In this document: positions 60,322 to 64,000 of the stretch, piece by piece
Layout of the letters: the number at the start of each line of letters is the position of its first letter
Numbering within the stretch: the first letter of the stretch is position 1
Assembly (NCBI GenBank): GCA_964447495.1
Contig: CAYUTF010000005.1
Span: 2,240 to 66,239, forward strand
Origin: an uncultured archaeon
Lineage (GTDB): Archaea; Asgardarchaeota; Lokiarchaeia; Sigyniarchaeales; SOKP01
Length of the DNA stretch: 64,000 nt
Reading direction: 5' to 3'
Program-made: the position numbers and the translations under genes
The notes under the pieces: model-generated
Seen by the model: only the letters and a program-made list of their open reading frames with translations
Told to the model about the DNA's origin: nothing
The model's database searches: none

Positions 60322-60948
60322 TTAAGCAGATATTACTTCATATATCGGGACTGATAACCGCTTCTTATCATCATAAAACATCAATCCAGATTTTTTTAGA
60401 AGCTCTTTAGATTTGTACTTAATTATTACTATAGAACAAGAGCAAGGCACTTTCATGGAAGCAATTCTTAACCGATCTCGTGCTAACGCTAAATTCTTTA
60501 TATTAATGCCAATATCGCATAAAATAGCACCAGCCCGAACTCGTGCACATACACCTGTGGAACGACCAAAGGAATTACGCATACCAGATTGTACTCTATC
60601 AGCCCCCGCGAAAGCTAACATACGATTTTCTCTATACTTTTGAAATGGTTTAGATCTCATACGAAAACGATAACCTAACCGCCCCAGTTTCTTTTGTAAG
60701 GCACCATTTACGGTAATACGGATCGCTTCCAACGCATTTGAAGAGACTTGAACTTGTTTATCCATTTTTAAACCGACCACAAGATCCCAATCTTCCCAGG
60801 CGATTTCTTTCGCGCCACCCCAGTATCTTTGGATTTTTGATTGCGCTCCACCACGCGCATACTCTCTTCTGTGGTTTCTACTGCGTTTATGCTGAAAGGG
60901 TCGCCTATTCCAGCTACTATAACAATGCCAAGGTCGTCTATGAGCCAT
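60322..60948 (-). CDS. rpl10e: Ribosomal protein uL16 (L10e)
   Basis: MAHRRPWHCY..., SSNALEAIRITVN, and MLAFAGADRVQSGMRNSFGRSTGVCARVRAGAIL match the L10e/RPL10 core (AGADRLQTGMRGAFGKP). The local GC content is visibly higher than in neighbouring genes. Confidence 0.85.
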   Translation of the reverse strand: MAHRRPWHCYSSWNRRPFQHKRSRNHRREYARGGAQSKIQRYWGGAKEIAWEDWDLVVGLKMDKQVQVSSNALEAIRITVNGALQKKLGRLGYRFRMRSKPFQKYRENRMLAFAGADRVQSGMRNSFGRSTGVCARVRAGAILCDIGINIKNLALARDRLRIASMKVPCSCSIVIIKYKSKELLKKSGLMFYDDKKRLSVPIYEVISA

Positions 60949-61198
60949 TCTTATTCACTTATTCTATTATTTTGCTATTACATTTAATATAATTGTAATT
61001 TTAGTTAGACTTTTTAAGAGGAAAAAAAGAATAACCTAAATTTATAGAGTGGGAAATGAAGTATTTTTAATAAATTTTACCACAGATAATAGATCCACCA
61101 CTTCATTAGATAATTTTATTGAGTGAAAAATTTTATGTTCCTTATTTTTCAGAAAAGGTGTGTTCCAACCTTCATTTGCTATTTTTTGCAGACCGGAT

Positions 61199-61221
61199 GC
61201 ATCCCGGACTGAACCCTATTG
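61199..61221. other. Isolated GC-rich hairpin in an AT-rich spacer
   Basis: cagaccggatgcatcccggactg: CAG/CTG plus CCGG/CCGG arms around a central ATGCAT-containing loop. It lies between the C_GCAxxG_C_C gene end and the uL16 start. Confidence 0.3.
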
Positions 61222-61286
61222 AATTAATAAGTATTTCCATTTAGAGCTCTCTTCATTTTTCTTCACTTAATTGATTAAATAATAAG

Positions 61287-61720
61287 CTAGAGTAATTCTT
61301 CCAATATTTCTGCCGCATTTTTTACATACTGCGAACATTTTGTCTCAAAATAATTATTCAGATCGTAATGTTCTTTACCCTCGTGTGTATTTATATCACA
61401 TCCTAGCAATTCTCTACATATCAAGGAGCCATTTTTTTCTTTAAATTTTTTAGAAAATTCATTAACTAATTGAATGTTTGTTCTTTGGTATCATTTTTAT
61501 TTTTTAATCCCATGCCGAATTTTAAGCCTAGTACCATATAAGCTCCGGTTACTGCTCCACAGGTCCTTCCACTATGTCCCATACCTCCTCCAAATCCAGT
61601 AGCTATTTTTAGAGCAGTATCTTGATCTAACCCGTATTTACTAGCATAGGTACCGAATATTGATTGAGCACAATTATATTCTCCTCTGATGTGGGATATA
61701 GCTTCTTCCACCTTAGACAT
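61287..61720 (-). pseudogene. C_GCAxxG_C_C family protein gene interrupted by a frameshift
   Basis: The track ORF 61466..61720 (YNCAQSIFGTYASKYG...GRTCGAVTGAYMVLG) stops at TAG. The family's C-terminal half (IQLVNEFSKKFKEKNGSLICRELLGCD...ETKCSQYVKNAAEILEELL, stop 61289-61287) continues in the -1 frame. The shift must fall within taccaaagaacaaacattcaattag. Confidence 0.6.
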
Positions 61721-61975
61721 ATTTATTCACCAATTCATTATGAGTAAATTAAATTAAAATCAATAAATAGTATAAAATTTAATCATTTATGAACTGAGTG
61801 AAACTGTCCGAAATAAAAAAATAAAGGGTAAAGCTCAGTAGTTTTTTAATATATGCTTCGAAACCATTTAATGTATTAATTATTATAAGAAATAAAAATA
61901 AAAGAATTTGAAATTTAAAAATAACATAGATAAGGATAGGTATATTGATTATATTAAATTTACTTCAATGATTTC

Positions 61976-63124
61976 TTGCTTAAATTTATGTTAGATAATA
62001 ATACGACATTTTCACAGAAAACGGAATTATTGTGTAAGGGATTATACTTAGATAAAAATTTAAGAGATTTTTATAAACAACAGGGTATCAATATAGATTT
62101 TGGGCGCAAAGGAGGCGCGGGACCGTTAGGGGGGCGTTATTTTCTATTTGAAAATAATACATTAGTGAATGTGGCATTATGGGATGATAAAAGAAAGACT
62201 GATCTAGTACTCAGTGAAAAAAAGAATGATTTTTTTCAAGTGATCAATAATCAGAATAATGAATATTTTTGTAATTTAAAATTAGTTGAGGAACCTCAAT
62301 ATTATAATCCTGAATTTGTCACTTCTGATGGAATTGAAATGAAAAAAATAGCATTAGTTCATGGTGTTGATTGTTTAGCAAGCACAATTTATCAAAAATG
62401 CAAATATTGGGCGTGTGGAGAAGCATGTGCCTTTTGTGGGATTGAACTTAGTTTAGCTCAAAATAGTACCATATTGGAAAAAATTCCGCAACAAATGTTA
62501 GAAGTAATTAGCGCTGCAAAAAAGGAGGGAAGATGTGCTCACATGACATTGACTAGTGGTACTGAAGAGAGTGATGATAAAGGTGCCAAAAGATATATTG
62601 AGTTATTAATGGCTATCAAAAAGGTATATCCTACTCTTCCTCTTCATGTGCAAATTGAACCGTTAGAAGATTTAGAGTACTTATATATGTTAAAAAGTGC
62701 GGGTGCTGACACTATCGGGATTCATATTGAAACTTTAAATGAAAAGGTGAGAAAAATAATCACGCCTGGTAAATATCATATCCCTTATTCTACTTTTGAG
62801 AAAAATTGGAAAGAGTCTGTTGAAATTTTCGGTAAAGATCAGGTCGAAACCTTTATACTTACTGGTTTCGGGGAACCTCATCAGGATTTAATGGCTAAGT
62901 TGGAAAAATTAATTGCTATAGGTGTCATACCATTTATAACCCCTGTGAGATCAATTCCTGGATTAAAAGATTTACCTCCAACAGACACAACTGCCCTTCA
63001 CAAACTTTATTTAAAAACCGCTAAATTCATGAAGGTATATGGAGTCAATCCTTTAAAGAATAAAGCAGGTTGTGTGCGGTGTGGTGGTTGCTCTGCTATA
63101 AATGAGGCTTACTTAGTAGTTTGA
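61976..63124 (+). CDS. Radical SAM protein with an N-terminal domain of about 140 aa
   Basis: A CX3CX2C motif within CKYWACGEACAFCG, a TIM-barrel-sized core, and a C-terminal CVRCGGC. Confidence 0.7.
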   Translation: MLKFMLDNNTTFSQKTELLCKGLYLDKNLRDFYKQQGINIDFGRKGGAGPLGGRYFLFENNTLVNVALWDDKRKTDLVLSEKKNDFFQVINNQNNEYFCNLKLVEEPQYYNPEFVTSDGIEMKKIALVHGVDCLASTIYQKCKYWACGEACAFCGIELSLAQNSTILEKIPQQMLEVISAAKKEGRCAHMTLTSGTEESDDKGAKRYIELLMAIKKVYPTLPLHVQIEPLEDLEYLYMLKSAGADTIGIHIETLNEKVRKIITPGKYHIPYSTFEKNWKESVEIFGKDQVETFILTGFGEPHQDLMAKLEKLIAIGVIPFITPVRSIPGLKDLPPTDTTALHKLYLKTAKFMKVYGVNPLKNKAGCVRCGGCSAINEAYLVV

Positions 63125-63180
63125 ACAAAAAATTCATTAAATTAGAAATTTTATTTTAGTAAATTACTTTATATATATAG

Positions 63181-64000
63181 ATGGATCGACCAAATATTCT
63201 TTTTATACTCACCGATCAACAAAGATTTGATACGTGTGGTTGTTATGGGCAGAAACTGGATGTTACTCCAAATCTTGATCAGTTAGCTAAGGAAGGAATT
63301 TGTTTTAAACACGCTTTTACTAATCAACCAGTTTGTGGTCCAGCAAGATCTATCCTTCAAACTGGAAAATATGCAACAGAAACAGGTTGCTATAGGAATG
63401 GGATTGCTTTACCGAAAAGTGATCAGAACATAGCAAATTCATTGTCAAATCATGGTTATGAAGTAGCATATATCGGAAAATGGCATCTTGCTAGTACTAT
63501 CGGTAGATCTAAAGAGATTAGATTAAAAAAAATGAACAATATAACCACTGCTATACCAAATGAACTTAGAGGGGGATATAAAGATTATTGGCTTGCTTCC
63601 GATCTACTTGAATATACTTCTCATGCATATGAAGGGCACTTATTTGATAAAAATGGTGAAAAGCAAGATTTTAAAGGTTATAGAGTAGATTGCTTAACTA
63701 ATTTTGCGTTACTATATTTAGATTCTTTAAAAATGGAAAAGCCTTTTTTCCTGTTTTTATCTTATCTAGAGCCACATCAGCAAAATGATCATAATGCTAT
63801 TGAGGGACCAATAGGTAGTAATCAAGAGTTTAGACCGTATGAAATTCCTGGTGATTTAAAAGCAGTAGATGGAGATTGGCAACAGTTTTTTCCCGATTAT
63901 CTTGGATGTTGTAATTCTATTGATAAGAATCTTGGAAGATTAATCAAAAAGTTGAAAGAATTAGGAATATATGATAATACTACAATTATTTTTACTAGTG
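63181..64000 (+). CDS. Cys-type sulfatase, N-terminal part (runs off window end)
   Basis: Hand translation: MDRPNILFILTDQQRFDTCGCYG...FTNQPVCGPARSILQTGKY (C-x-P-x-R motif). The frame is open to position 64000. It is absent from the ORF track because it is truncated. Confidence 0.8.
   Translation, partial: MDRPNILFILTDQQRFDTCGCYGQKLDVTPNLDQLAKEGICFKHAFTNQPVCGPARSILQTGKYATETGCYRNGIALPKSDQNIANSLSNHGYEVAYIGKWHLASTIGRSKEIRLKKMNNITTAIPNELRGGYKDYWLASDLLEYTSHAYEGHLFDKNGEKQDFKGYRVDCLTNFALLYLDSLKMEKPFFLFLSYLEPHQQNDHNAIEGPIGSNQEFRPYEIPGDLKAVDGDWQQFFPDYLGCCNSIDKNLGRLIKKLKELGIYDNTTIIFTS

Noticed and set aside
60413-60992. Plus-strand ORFs 60413..60643 and 60738..60992
   Set aside because: They are antisense to the well-supported uL16 gene. 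The locally higher GC content reduces stop-codon frequency and generates long shadow ORFs.
61181-61240. GC-rich patch considered as a tRNA or tRNA fragment
   Set aside because: Only about 23 nt are GC-rich and form a single stem. No cloverleaf arms, anticodon loop or T-loop (GTTCRANNC) context could be found.
61487-61506. Programmed -1 frameshift at the slippery-looking A AAA AAT heptamer in the C_GCAxxG_C_C gene
   Set aside because: After a -1 shift at that site, the new frame hits TGA within a few codons. The frame carrying the C-terminal half only opens further downstream, so this heptamer cannot be the shift site.

Overview
This is a strongly AT-rich, gene-dense archaeal window. The content looks like an Asgard (Lokiarchaeia-like) genome: three small-GTPase families (Rab/Ras-like, Rag/Gtr1-like with a roadblock tail, MglA-like), a profilin-like gene, HEAT and TPR proteins, and an arrestin-like candidate. 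These sit among anaerobic redox and sugar/sulfatase metabolism genes. I found no rRNA, tRNA, CRISPR array, transposase or integrase.

The most notable locus is a co-directional minus-strand redox supercluster at 13566-23499. It starts with an HdrA gene and an overlapping VhuD/MvhD-like gene that the ORF track splits into fragments. Both reassemble into full-length frames if five in-frame TGA codons are read as selenocysteine. Each TGA aligns to a conserved Cys in an all-Cys HdrA/MvhD pair encoded about 7 kb downstream in the same cluster. Two FrhB-like genes and an HdrD-like gene lie between the two pairs, and no hydrogenase catalytic subunit is present. A 114-nt spacer after vhuD carries unusually GC-rich complementary segments and is the best SECIS candidate.

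Other accessory features:
- A GTPase island at 31.7-40.9 kb: TPR plus roadblock/longin-like protein, Rab-like GTPase, HEAT protein, a third FrhB paralog, a Rag-like GTPase, and a convergent profilin-like gene with an unknown 451-aa partner.
- An MglA-like GTPase with no MglB.
- A giant LVIVD-propeller/Ig-repeat surface protein, preceded by a duplicated intergenic element.
- A TreT-like glycosyltransferase next to a sugar ABC system with a fused permease.
- Cys-type sulfatases at both window ends, one next to a radical SAM gene.
- A frameshifted C_GCAxxG_C_C gene.

All functional calls rest on motif recognition by eye. No database search or RNA folding was run.
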